From positions 46,005-110,004 of IMG/VR virus record IMGVR_UViG_3300045988_160931: DNA of 64,000 nt. One strand, written 5' to 3'. Source of the stretch: a virus. Under the pieces are notes generated by a model, which was given only the letters and a program-made list of their open reading frames with translations, did no database searches and was not told the DNA's origin. A program made the position numbers and the translations under genes. Shown piece after piece: positions 36,762 to 46,869 of this stretch; the stretch's first letter is position 1, and each line of letters starts with the position of its first letter.

Positions 36762-37828
36762 TATAATAACGACTCTACGGAAATAATAATTGAAGATCGA
36801 TTATTTCCATTCATGTCCGAAAGAATCAATCTAAAATCTTCGTCAATGTAATCATCATTATCTATAGATATACTTATACTATTTCCACTTTCTTTTATGA
36901 TAAGAGCATCAAGGAAACCACAAACAACTTCCCATTTGCACTTTATATTTGAAATTTCTTTTTTTTGATTATCATAGAATCTGCCAACAAACACTTGTTC
37001 GTCTCCACCAGAAGTAATTATATTTGTATCATACTCTATTACAGATTTTAAGACATAATTCCCACCAGAATTATCCTTCTGAAAGGAGCTAGTATCTTTG
37101 TAGTCGCAAATACCTAAATCCGGTCTGTCCGTGTCGCTGTTTTTTTCGCTTTCTAATAAGGTAATTCTTACAATTCCTTTGTCCCCAAAATTATAACTAG
37201 TCGTATCGTTTTGTGTAACGATATAACTAGTTGGGGAATTATAATTTTTGTCTAAGAAAAACCTCTTAGGCGTATTTAGAGAAACTGTATTTTCATCATA
37301 TGGGAGTATAATTAAATGCTGCGAAGAACCGATTGTGAATTGCCTATTTGATTGTTCTCCGCTATTATATTGTGTAGCATTCGTATCATAACAAGGATAT
37401 TCTAAGATATCCCCATTTTCATTTTGCCATTTAAGTAACCAGTTACATAACGTAAACTTTCCATGCCAATGAATCCCGTTTAAGTCAAAAGCTTCTGTGC
37501 AAATTAAATACTTGTCTTTCTCAGAATCGTAAATCACATCTCCAACTTGTATCGGAGTATTGTATAATGTCTGAAATTTTACAGTTACACCATTTGCAGC
37601 AGAATATGTTCTTTTGTATAACCGTATCTCTATTGGAATATCATTATGATATTTTTCTTTTCCAATTTTACCGAGAGACCATATATAAATCCCTGGCGCA
37701 TAAGAAGAATCATCTGCAAATGTAACATCAAGTAATTCACGGCTGCTTTTAATATTTTCGCTACGAAGATTGCCACCAGCTTGTTTCATTTTAGCATTAA
37801 AACGATCTAAACATCTCACCGACCACAC
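36761..37828 (-). CDS. hypothetical structural protein
   Basis: 355-aa ORF in the structural operon. Confidence 0.4.
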   Translation of the reverse strand: MWSVRCLDRFNAKMKQAGGNLRSENIKSSRELLDVTFADDSSYAPGIYIWSLGKIGKEKYHNDIPIEIRLYKRTYSAANGVTVKFQTLYNTPIQVGDVIYDSEKDKYLICTEAFDLNGIHWHGKFTLCNWLLKWQNENGDILEYPCYDTNATQYNSGEQSNRQFTIGSSQHLIILPYDENTVSLNTPKRFFLDKNYNSPTSYIVTQNDTTSYNFGDKGIVRITLLESEKNSDTDRPDLGICDYKDTSSFQKDNSGGNYVLKSVIEYDTNIITSGGDEQVFVGRFYDNQKKEISNIKCKWEVVCGFLDALIIKESGNSISISIDNDDYIDEDFRLILSDMNGNNRSSIIISVESLL

Positions 37829-38298
37829 CCCACATTACCTTTGCGTAAATGTAAAGAGTTGCCTAGTAAAGATGGTGCATCATCTTTTGCAGTCATCCAC
37901 GCATATCTTGATAATAATGTTTCATTCTCAGAAATGTATTTTGTTTTCATATCTAACAGTTTGTCAAGCATATTTGCAGGTGAGTACGAATTAAAATCAG
38001 AAGAACTCAAACTAACTTTTAACAAAGAAGGAGTTCTAATGTATTTTGAACTCAGAAACTCTAAAAGCATATAATTGCTTATAATTTCAATTTCCGTATC
38101 ATCTAAATCACAATTAAACTGCTCTAAAACATCATCTCTGTCACTTAAATCTTTTACGCATACATGGAAAGAAGAGATGGCTGGGATAAAAAAGTCGTGT
38201 AGAAGTTCCTTTACTTCATCTTCTGTCATAATAGGAATATCATAATCACGAAATTTCGGTAAAAGGTTACCATATATTTTTTCGTATGATGTTGCCAT
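37816..38298 (-). CDS. hypothetical head-tail connector protein
   Basis: 160-aa ORF in the structural operon. Confidence 0.4.
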   Translation of the reverse strand: MATSYEKIYGNLLPKFRDYDIPIMTEDEVKELLHDFFIPAISSFHVCVKDLSDRDDVLEQFNCDLDDTEIEIISNYMLLEFLSSKYIRTPSLLKVSLSSSDFNSYSPANMLDKLLDMKTKYISENETLLSRYAWMTAKDDAPSLLGNSLHLRKGNVGCGR

Positions 38299-38312
38299 TC
38301 ATACACCGCCTT

Positions 38313-38852
38313 TTAGATCGTAGACAATAACTCCATCCCAAGAGTATTGTCAATATATTTAATTATATTGATGTCAGTCATTTTTCCATCGTCAACCATA
38401 GCACGAATATTGCCATAAATAGTGTTTCTTAAACCAGAAGGTGTATCAAGAATCTTATTGCAAACATCAGCAATTTTATCTCGTGTATAATTTTTTGAAT
38501 CCATTAAATAATCATAAGAATCATATAAATTCTGCAAAGAGAAATGAGATACAACTCGTTCATCTAATGGCTTCAAAACAAGATTGCGAAAATAGCCTTT
38601 ATAACTTCTCCACATATCCTTTAATACACTAAATGCCATATACTCTATATGTCCAACGGATTCCCAGATGTACATATCTCCTGTTTTTTTATCCTCATAA
38701 CTAACGTTGGGGATAAGTGAAACTACTTCAATTTCATCGGAATCATTCAGTTTTGCTTCTGCTGCCTTTTTTGTATTTACAGCACTCACGGATTCCTTTA
38801 CAGCAATATCATCATTAACTGTTGCATCATTTTTTTTAACTCTACCAGCCAT
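38313..38852 (-). CDS. hypothetical head protein
   Basis: 179-aa ORF directly downstream of the capsid gene. Confidence 0.4.
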   Translation of the reverse strand: MAGRVKKNDATVNDDIAVKESVSAVNTKKAAEAKLNDSDEIEVVSLIPNVSYEDKKTGDMYIWESVGHIEYMAFSVLKDMWRSYKGYFRNLVLKPLDERVVSHFSLQNLYDSYDYLMDSKNYTRDKIADVCNKILDTPSGLRNTIYGNIRAMVDDGKMTDINIIKYIDNTLGMELLSTI

Positions 38853-38889
38853 TCTCTAATCCTACCTTTCCATTTATTCTTTTATTTTA

Positions 38890-39927
38890 TCAGGTTAAAG
38901 TAAATACACCAGCATAAGGAGATAGTACCAGCCCAATACCCATTGCAGTCTGAACTTGAATATCTACACTCATGTCATTATATTTCTTACCTGTGGTATC
39001 GATATCAGAACGAGTGTCACCAATAAACTCTAGCTTAATCGGCTTTGTATCGCCACCCATGATAAACAGTTTAGTATCATCCAGAGCTAGATCAAATGTA
39101 CCGGACTTCAGTGTTTGAGGAATAATCATAAGCTTGTTGCCTTCCCAATCACCAATAGAACCAGTCATAGCTTTTGCTTCTTTCTGAGAGTTTGCGAACA
39201 TCTTATCCGGAATAATACCAGCAAGCTTACGCAGTGCGCCCTTAGTACCAGCAATCGTTAGAGAATCATAACCACCAGCAGCAGCGACCTTATCGCATAA
39301 TTCACCTACAGCAGACTCACTGTTACCAGTTGCAGAAAAATCAGCCGGGAAAGCGTTTGCAACATTGTTAAACTGTGCATAAATACGATCTTGAATATAC
39401 TTATTTGTAGACTTATAAATCTTATCAGTGATCTTATCCATAGAAGTAATACCCAGTAAGAAACGATCTAAGTCCTCATAGCAGTGAATATAGAACCATT
39501 CCTTTGGCAGGGTAATTTCGTCCCCAAGGTCAAGAGCCTGGCGGTTAGTATCCCAATGATTTCCGGCAAAAGATGCTACAGACAGCAAGCCGCCCTCTGA
39601 ATAGAACGCAGTAGTATCACCTAAAGCACGATTCTTCACTTCAACAAAAGCGTCCATAAAAGGAGAGGAAAGTACATTCTCGCCAATGGCAACATTAACA
39701 ATTTCCTCAATAATTTCAAACATAACAATGTTATTCCGGCGATATGCCTGATATAAAGTTGCACCATGCAGAATATCATTCTTGATCTTATCTCTTAGAT
39801 AGTCCTCTAAGTCTTTCTTAGAAACCTTTTCAGAATCTACGTGCATCGCAAACTCGTTTCTGGAAAGATCAAGGGCTAAATCATAAATTTTGTTTTCATC
39901 AGCACTAAATGTATTTTTAATCTTCAT
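38890..39927 (-). CDS. major capsid protein (putative)
   Basis: 345 aa in the slot after scaffold/decoration. Locally elevated GC and biased codon use suggest high expression. Confidence 0.6.
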   Translation of the reverse strand: MKIKNTFSADENKIYDLALDLSRNEFAMHVDSEKVSKKDLEDYLRDKIKNDILHGATLYQAYRRNNIVMFEIIEEIVNVAIGENVLSSPFMDAFVEVKNRALGDTTAFYSEGGLLSVASFAGNHWDTNRQALDLGDEITLPKEWFYIHCYEDLDRFLLGITSMDKITDKIYKSTNKYIQDRIYAQFNNVANAFPADFSATGNSESAVGELCDKVAAAGGYDSLTIAGTKGALRKLAGIIPDKMFANSQKEAKAMTGSIGDWEGNKLMIIPQTLKSGTFDLALDDTKLFIMGGDTKPIKLEFIGDTRSDIDTTGKKYNDMSVDIQVQTAMGIGLVLSPYAGVFTLT

Positions 39928-39948
39928 TAAACATCATCCTCCTTAAAA

Positions 39949-40503
39949 TTAAGACAGAATGGTTACTTTTGCTTCATAAACAACAGCAGAATAACCATAT
40001 GTACGTGCAGTAGTAGATAGAGTAGCGCCAGAAGTACGTGTGCGCATAACTTTTGCTTCAAACTGTGGGGTAGAAGAACTAGTCTTTGCAGTAGTACTAG
40101 CAGCTACTAGCTTACCAGTAGAATCAACCGTCAGAAATGCGTCTTTCTTCATCTCGCTTTGTGTAGCCGTTGTAACGCCCTCAACAGTAATCCCAAATTC
40201 GTCATTTAATGCTAATTCACGAACACAGAACTTTACACCAGCAGGAACAATATACTTATCTCTACGCTGATTCGGAATCTTACAAGTGTCATAATCCCAA
40301 GCCGGATTGTCAACAACAACAAGTGTTGCCCCAGCTTTTGTACCGGGATGGAAAGTGTAAGTAACGTCCTCACCTGTAGCTAACTCCTCAATATAACCAA
40401 ATGTACCATTCTCTACGTCAGTGGATGAAACAGCATCAAAAATTCTCTTTGCACCACGAGTAGAAAGCATATTAACAGACTCAAATCTTGTATACTTTGC
40501 CAT
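39949..40503 (-). CDS. capsid-associated / decoration-like protein
   Basis: 184 aa between the scaffold and capsid genes. Confidence 0.4.
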   Translation of the reverse strand: MAKYTRFESVNMLSTRGAKRIFDAVSSTDVENGTFGYIEELATGEDVTYTFHPGTKAGATLVVVDNPAWDYDTCKIPNQRRDKYIVPAGVKFCVRELALNDEFGITVEGVTTATQSEMKKDAFLTVDSTGKLVAASTTAKTSSSTPQFEAKVMRTRTSGATLSTTARTYGYSAVVYEAKVTILS

Positions 40504-40519
40504 GTTATCAATTCTCCTT

Positions 40520-41980
40520 TTATTTTCTATTTACTGGGATATTCCCATATTTTGTTTCTGCATAATTATGAGTGTCACTGCCATCATTGTCATCTAAAAT
40601 CTGAGCAGAAAACTTTCCATCTTTTTTAGCAGATTGATTAGAACCTAATGTCTTTTCGGCATACATAATTGCACATTCACTTGCAATTTCCTTTGCCGAT
40701 AATTCATCTTTCTTTGCTTTTAATTCTGCAAACTTGTCTACGTCACTTAGGAAAGCTTCATATCTTGAAAATTCAGATTCTTTTGCAGCATCAGACTCTG
40801 CTTTTTCTCTTTCTTTTTCTTTTTCTACAAGAACTTCGTATTTCGGCTTAATATCATTCAGTTCAGATTCAACTTTACTGAATTTTTCTAAAACATCATT
40901 CTTTTCGTTCTCAACTGCATCCAGGTTTTCCTTGGCAGTCTTTTGTATTTCTTTGATATACTCGCCAAAACTAAATGCACCTGTTAATACAGATGCGTCC
41001 TCTTTATCTTCATAATTTGCATAGCAAATCTTTTTTCTTGTAGCAGAAGTGAAATCAATGACAGGTTTATCATTATCGACAGTATATTTTAGACCATAAT
41101 AATTATAGTTATCTTTTGCATCAGCTACGATAACTTCTTCATCTTGAATATCTACTGCTCTATATCGATATATATTCCAGCCCCATTCATCTTCGAATTG
41201 CTCATAATTACGCACGATATTAGCAACATCCTTAAATAAAGACATCATAGTCTGTGTGTATTTTTCTTTTGACATTTTAGAGTCACTCACATCCTTTGTT
41301 TTATTTTTTTCTACAATCTTAGAAAATAAATTGTATTTATCCTTCAATTCCTTTTGAATCTCTTGCATAAAAGTGTTTATAGTAAAATCCTTTTGAGAGT
41401 CTGCTACAGATATGTTTGCACCAGACATCGCAGGAATCTTATCATCGCCCAAAATACAACATCCATCAAACCTGAATTTAGAAAAATGAAATACCCCATT
41501 TTCATCTTCTTCACCTTCAATAGATGAAATTTCAAGTTCCATAGACTGCGGTTTTTCACCGTCTCGATTTACAATAAATGTACTATCGTCAAACTTCGTC
41601 CATAGCAAAGCATCTACTTGTAAAAACAGTCTTTCTATTCCATCTGGACACATTTTATTAACCCATCTTGGATTGCACGATTCCGGGATAACACCATAAG
41701 CATGACCTAGATACTTTTCTTCAATACCATTATCAGTTTTCGTTATAACACTTTCGTGACCAGCAAAATCTTTTTCATTCTCATTGCATTTGATAAAACC
41801 TAAAACAGGTGTATTTTTGATGGAATCAATATTTTCATCTACAACCCTTTTTTCAAAACTACTTTTGTTTAGATTTACGCCTGTGTGCATAACATCAATT
41901 GTGACATTTAAGAATCTAGTATCTTCATCTATAATTTCATTTTGTACTTCAAATGTAGAAATAAGTCTTGATTTATCCAA
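40520..41980 (-). CDS. scaffold protein, possibly fused to a prohead protease
   Basis: 486 aa: a globular N-terminal 200 aa, then a Lys/Glu coiled-coil C-terminal half (KEKEREKAESDAAKESEFSRYEAFL). Confidence 0.45.
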   Translation of the reverse strand: MDKSRLISTFEVQNEIIDEDTRFLNVTIDVMHTGVNLNKSSFEKRVVDENIDSIKNTPVLGFIKCNENEKDFAGHESVITKTDNGIEEKYLGHAYGVIPESCNPRWVNKMCPDGIERLFLQVDALLWTKFDDSTFIVNRDGEKPQSMELEISSIEGEEDENGVFHFSKFRFDGCCILGDDKIPAMSGANISVADSQKDFTINTFMQEIQKELKDKYNLFSKIVEKNKTKDVSDSKMSKEKYTQTMMSLFKDVANIVRNYEQFEDEWGWNIYRYRAVDIQDEEVIVADAKDNYNYYGLKYTVDNDKPVIDFTSATRKKICYANYEDKEDASVLTGAFSFGEYIKEIQKTAKENLDAVENEKNDVLEKFSKVESELNDIKPKYEVLVEKEKEREKAESDAAKESEFSRYEAFLSDVDKFAELKAKKDELSAKEIASECAIMYAEKTLGSNQSAKKDGKFSAQILDDNDGSDTHNYAETKYGNIPVNRK

Positions 41981-42015
41981 AATCCATTTTCACCACCTTC
42001 CACAGCAATATTATA

Positions 42016-42201
42016 TTAAAACAAACTCCGTTCTCTATTTTTTTCATATTCTTCGAGTTTGCATCTTAATAATTCACATTCTTCAAAAACAAAAACATTT
42101 CCTGTTTTCGCTCTCAAAATTGTTAGAAGTGGGACACCGGATTTTACTAAATATCTAGCAAGTTTCTCAATTCTACAACGAAATTCCTTTTTCCCATTCA
42201 T
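42016..42201 (-). CDS. small hypothetical protein
   Basis: 61-aa ORF between the portal and scaffold genes. Confidence 0.3.
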   Translation of the reverse strand: MNGKKEFRCRIEKLARYLVKSGVPLLTILRAKTGNVFVFEECELLRCKLEEYEKNRERSLF

Positions 42202-42216
42202 CTATCTCATCCTCAC

Positions 42217-43755
42217 TTATCTATCAATATTAGAATCTGCATCGGCAGTAATTTCGCCGGATACGTCTAATGTTTCGCCTTTGCTTTCGTTTGTTGGTCT
42301 GCCGACATCGCCAGAAGTGCCGCCATTATAAGAGGATGAAAGGGGAATAAGCTTATTATGAAAATCGAAAATCTCATTTTGAACTATATACGAGCCTAAT
42401 ATTTTTGCTGGGGTCATATCGATCGTAGAAAGCCATCTATCAATAACTGGCGCTCCCAATGTACAAGCTTCTTTGTATCTCTTTGAAACAGTATCCTTAT
42501 TCAATGTTGTAATATCGATTAAATAGAACACAAATTTATAAGCTGCCTTGTTATAGTTCTTAGACTTAATAAAACGATTTACCCATCTTTCAAATTGACG
42601 ATATAAAGAATATATAAATCCAGAATCATTTTCGATTGAGAATGTTACTGCCGTTCCGCTTGAACTTCCGTTATACAATTCTTTTGTGACACCAGAAGAA
42701 TTGTATATTTCATCTACAGCATCAGAAACATTGTTTCTGGTATTAGAACTATTCTTAAAACTTATCGCATTACCATCTGAACCAAGAGTATATAATAAAC
42801 CAATATCATCACCAATGCTTTGCTTATTGATGTCAGCAAATATCGACAATGTTTTTGGTGTCAGCAACGGTTTATCTACGTTATTTTCGTCAATAGGCAC
42901 TTTCATCATGATAGCTTTATAGTTATCTGTAGTAGCAGATTGTAGCTTTAACTTTTTATATAAATCCAGATCGAGGATATCTCTTACAAGACCTACTAAA
43001 AATGGGAAAGGATAAGTCCATTGACTATTCAATTTAATACAAATCTGCTTATCCTCTGGTGGGCAATACCATGAACCACCTTTATCTTTTTGAAAATCCA
43101 AATATGCTTGCCGAACATAGTCTGGGTACGATAACAGCTTATTTGGCTGAATTTTCGCAAGATTTATTGCAAAATTGTATAACCCATCTTGAACCTCGTA
43201 TAATCGTACAAGACGAAAATCAAGATGTTGAATAAAGAAGTCAGACTCATTTTCGCCTTCGTAAACTAAACCACAATATATATCTTGATAGGGGATATAC
43301 TTCATAATCTTTGAAAATTCATGTTTTAAGTTCATTGCATCTAATTTTGAAGCAAGAGCAGAATAGCTTTTCTTCAACGTATCCATTCTTGCAGTAGCTT
43401 TTACATCCACAACATCTATCCCATAGCAAAACATCGCCATATTAGAAAACAACATATTCAATCTGTAATAGTGAGGGGATATGTGCATTAACTTCGTAGA
43501 AATATCAAGAATCATCTCCCAACGATGTTTTGGGTCTTGCAATGCAAAACCGATGTCTTTAATATCTATCCCAAATAAGCAATGATCGCTTAACAACTTT
43601 GAATTATTGCAGATGTCATTCAAAAAAAGCCGTTTGAAAGAAGAATAATCTAAGTTACTAGGATTCCCAGATTGAACAGCCTTTTCAAATTTGCTTTCAT
43701 CAGATTCCATTTGCTTTTTTGTATATACTGGGATATATTTGCTTTTCTTTTTCAT
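42217..43755 (-). CDS. portal protein (putative)
   Basis: 512 aa immediately downstream of TerL. Confidence 0.65.
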   Translation of the reverse strand: MKKKSKYIPVYTKKQMESDESKFEKAVQSGNPSNLDYSSFKRLFLNDICNNSKLLSDHCLFGIDIKDIGFALQDPKHRWEMILDISTKLMHISPHYYRLNMLFSNMAMFCYGIDVVDVKATARMDTLKKSYSALASKLDAMNLKHEFSKIMKYIPYQDIYCGLVYEGENESDFFIQHLDFRLVRLYEVQDGLYNFAINLAKIQPNKLLSYPDYVRQAYLDFQKDKGGSWYCPPEDKQICIKLNSQWTYPFPFLVGLVRDILDLDLYKKLKLQSATTDNYKAIMMKVPIDENNVDKPLLTPKTLSIFADINKQSIGDDIGLLYTLGSDGNAISFKNSSNTRNNVSDAVDEIYNSSGVTKELYNGSSSGTAVTFSIENDSGFIYSLYRQFERWVNRFIKSKNYNKAAYKFVFYLIDITTLNKDTVSKRYKEACTLGAPVIDRWLSTIDMTPAKILGSYIVQNEIFDFHNKLIPLSSSYNGGTSGDVGRPTNESKGETLDVSGEITADADSNIDR

Positions 43756-43771
43756 AATTCATCCTCCTTCC

Positions 43772-45340
43772 TTAATATAATTTTGCTTTATGACTCATTT
43801 TAGCCAACGCAGCAGCATAAACCATAGCGTCAAATTCATCTTCTTCATCATCAAGTTTTGATTCTAATTGCGTCATCACATAATAATTATAAGCCAATGA
43901 ACTATATCTATCTTTACGCATACCACTTTTTTCTTTTATTCTTATGTTTGTACCTTTTACTTCGTATTGTAAATTTATCAATTCATAAACCAATAAACTT
44001 GTCTGTATATATGGCATCTTATACATTAACTGCTCTTCGGGAGTGAGTTTTTCAAAGTTCTTTATTGTGGCTTTCAGTTCTTTTTCCGCCTCTGATTCAT
44101 TCAACAAGAGATTTATCTTACCTGAAATAAAGGCGTTCCTAAGCATAACACAAATATCATTATTAAATTGTACGGTGCCTTTGATTGACCAAATAACCTT
44201 TGGTGCATCTGCCACCTTACAACGTTCTTCCATCGCTTTATTATTACAGCAGGAGAGTGCAGGGTATGTTTCGCCAGTTTCCGGGTCTATAATATCTTTA
44301 ATTAACATATCATATACACCAAGTCCTGTGCCGGCAGTATCAATTACTAAATCAGTACAGTCAAATATACTAAATAATCTGCGTATCTTTAATGCTAGAT
44401 CATCTGTTGTCATTCCTTCAACATTTTCAAGGTACACAATATTTGCGATATATCGTTTGCCATTTGGTTTTGCCGAATTGATAATAATTGAACTAGCATC
44501 GTTAGAGTTCTTATGTTTTGATGCCATCAACGCAATATCAATAGACAATATTCTTCTTTCATCCGGTGCCAGATCAGGTAGTTTAGACCTTTTGGACATA
44601 ACTGTCCGATTTGTATAAAATGCCGTTTTTATCTTTCTTCTACGTGATATATCATTGAATGTAAAGAATGAACCATCAGTATCTCGAATAGGTAGGCAGC
44701 CCATTTCCATTTGGAACATACGTTCATCAAAATCTTCCTCTGACATTTCATCTTCGATTTCAATTCGCTTTTTCAAGCCTTCTTTAATTGCAATTTGATA
44801 AGGTAAGGCACAGACAAAATAACCGGTTCTACCGCCTAATAAATTGAATGTGAAAGCTTTGGATTTTTTGTAAGACCAGTGACTTTCAAACCAACAGGAT
44901 GACATATAAATTTCAATATTAGTTTCAAGAAGTTCTGGCTTGCCTTGATATTCTTTCTTGCTTAAATAAGCTGGTTGTCTAGGCGAACCCAAGAATCTTT
45001 TTAATACAGTATCGATCGTATCTTTGTCGAGCATTCTAAATTCATCCAATACCAATACATTGGCACGGTTACCTCTAGCATTGTCGCCACCTGTAACAAC
45101 TTTTATCCAAGAACCATTATGGAAATTGATATAAGCCAAATTATAACCTATTGAAAAGTTTTTTATCTCTCGTCTTAAATTTTCCGAACCTTCACCATAG
45201 TTTTTCATAAAATCATCGACAATTTTTGAGAGTACTTCATTCGCTTGTGACCTAGTTGCAGACGCTACACAAATTTTTGTTTTAGGGAATAGGATGCAGC
45301 GAACAACGCAAAATAACGCTGTTAGCCAGGTTTTACCAAT
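43772..45340 (-). CDS. terL: terminase large subunit, exon 2 (begins IGKTW...)
   Basis: Starts in the middle of Walker A (..IGKTWLTALF). Walker B-like VLVLDEF. The C-terminal nuclease half includes LSIDIALM. Confidence 0.85.
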   Translation of the reverse strand: MGKTWLTALFCVVRCILFPKTKICVASATRSQANEVLSKIVDDFMKNYGEGSENLRREIKNFSIGYNLAYINFHNGSWIKVVTGGDNARGNRANVLVLDEFRMLDKDTIDTVLKRFLGSPRQPAYLSKKEYQGKPELLETNIEIYMSSCWFESHWSYKKSKAFTFNLLGGRTGYFVCALPYQIAIKEGLKKRIEIEDEMSEEDFDERMFQMEMGCLPIRDTDGSFFTFNDISRRRKIKTAFYTNRTVMSKRSKLPDLAPDERRILSIDIALMASKHKNSNDASSIIINSAKPNGKRYIANIVYLENVEGMTTDDLALKIRRLFSIFDCTDLVIDTAGTGLGVYDMLIKDIIDPETGETYPALSCCNNKAMEERCKVADAPKVIWSIKGTVQFNNDICVMLRNAFISGKINLLLNESEAEKELKATIKNFEKLTPEEQLMYKMPYIQTSLLVYELINLQYEVKGTNIRIKEKSGMRKDRYSSLAYNYYVMTQLESKLDDEEDEFDAMVYAAALAKMSHKAKLY

Positions 45341-46667
45341 CAATTTTGTTATCCTATAAGCTTTTTATCTTATAGTTCTTATAGTTTCCTATAAGTTCAG
45401 CATATATTTTCATCCTCGTTTTACGTTAGGTTTGAGAATTGCAAATTCTCTCATATTACACTATATGTAATAATGCCGGACACTCTTGGAGAGATTATTC
45501 TTTTCGTCACTCTCTATGCGTTACAATTCTATTTGACCTTTTAATTCCAAATAGTTATCTCGGTATTGTCATATAACATAGTTACTTAGATTTCCACCGA
45601 TTTTGCCCGATTTATACTTGATTATCACTAACCAAGAGAGCATTTACTTTGTAATAATTTGAATTTATTATACTTTCTATCTAATTTTTGAACATTTTCG
45701 TTATAATATAAAAGTTCCATCAAACGATATGCTTCTTTTCCATTAAAATAAATTCTATGCTTTCTAGGCGTCTCAGAATATACATGTGATTTAATAGAAT
45801 AGTCATGGCTAACTCTATCAGATATATACTCTAACGCTTTTTTATTATATGATGTGATATGAACAGTTGGATAATACTTTTTATTTTTATTGACATAAAT
45901 GCACCCATCGCCATCTATATATCCTCTTAAAAAATCAATAAAATATTGTTTTAGTACAGGAAATTCTGACATATATGTTTTATTGCAAACAATGTTTTTA
46001 TCAATCAAATCTTCTACTAATTTTTTTGAATAAACTCTCAAACTAACAAGATCTGAAACGGTAACATTTTTATTATTCAAAATAACTCTTTCAAAATGAT
46101 TTTCTTTAATCTCGTGTACTCCGCCAAGTTCATTATTTAAGTCAATTAAAACCTGTTTATCACTCTTCTGCAATCTCATACAAAATTCATAGCTTCTATT
46201 TTCAGAATTGCATATCACGCATCCATCAGCATAAATATATCCTAACCAATATGCTTTATCTGGTGTATCAATTTTTTCAAAATAATTATCGTTGAACTTT
46301 CTGCTTTTATTTTCTAAATAATGCTCTGCATAATGTCTAATTTGTCTTTCTGAGAACCCAAGCTTATTAGCTATATATTTATAGGAATATTTTTTATAAT
46401 TTTGCTCCATATATTTTTTGTCATTGCTGGAAAATATAGAACGATTAGATTTCTTCTTCCCATTATTATGAATCCACCCAGCTATTTGAGTAGCAGAATA
46501 ATTAGTTCCTAATTTAATAGCTATTTCCTTATATGACATATTTTCATAATTATTTGAAATAAAAGTCTTTTGATTTTCATTAAACAATTCTCTTATAATA
46601 AACACCTCTTTTAATAAAAAAGAGGTGGGCGATATTTATTCGCCAAACCTCATTATTACATTTATAT
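45341..46667 (-). mobile_element. group I-type intron (about 1327 nt) interrupting terL
   Basis: The terL frame hits a stop 2 codons after ..FWAARS and resumes at IGKT 1.3 kb downstream. The insert holds a free-standing LAGLIDADG ORF in its own frame. Exon 1 ends in T (46668) and the intron ends in G (45341), as expected for U-1 and omegaG. Confidence 0.7.
45628..46605 (-). CDS. double-motif LAGLIDADG homing endonuclease with two N-terminal HTH-like repeats
   Basis: YWLGYIYADGCV and FLRGYIDGDGCIY. N-terminal MSYKEIAIKLG... and YSYKYIANKLGFSERQIRHY. Confidence 0.85.
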   Translation of the reverse strand: MFIIRELFNENQKTFISNNYENMSYKEIAIKLGTNYSATQIAGWIHNNGKKKSNRSIFSSNDKKYMEQNYKKYSYKYIANKLGFSERQIRHYAEHYLENKSRKFNDNYFEKIDTPDKAYWLGYIYADGCVICNSENRSYEFCMRLQKSDKQVLIDLNNELGGVHEIKENHFERVILNNKNVTVSDLVSLRVYSKKLVEDLIDKNIVCNKTYMSEFPVLKQYFIDFLRGYIDGDGCIYVNKNKKYYPTVHITSYNKKALEYISDRVSHDYSIKSHVYSETPRKHRIYFNGKEAYRLMELLYYNENVQKLDRKYNKFKLLQSKCSLG

Positions 46668-46856
46668 ACTCCGTGCAGCCCAAAACATAAAATGGTTATT
46701 GTGCATCATCGCATAAATCAAAAACTTCTGAAATAATTTCAATTTTATATTCAGATATTCTTCCACAAAACGCTGGGGATTCTCTCGATAAAAACTACCC
46801 CAAATTCCAACGCCTTCAAGAAGCTTATCATTCACAGTGCTTTTTATTTCTATCAT
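46668..46856 (-). CDS. terL: terminase large subunit, exon 1 (63 aa, ends ..MFWAARS)
   Basis: AGAGGTG SD, 7 T, then ATG at 46856. The peptide MIEIKSTVNDKLLEGVGIWGSFYRENPQRFVEEYL... is typical of a TerL N-terminus. Confidence 0.75.
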
Positions 46857-46869
46857 AAAAAAACACCTC

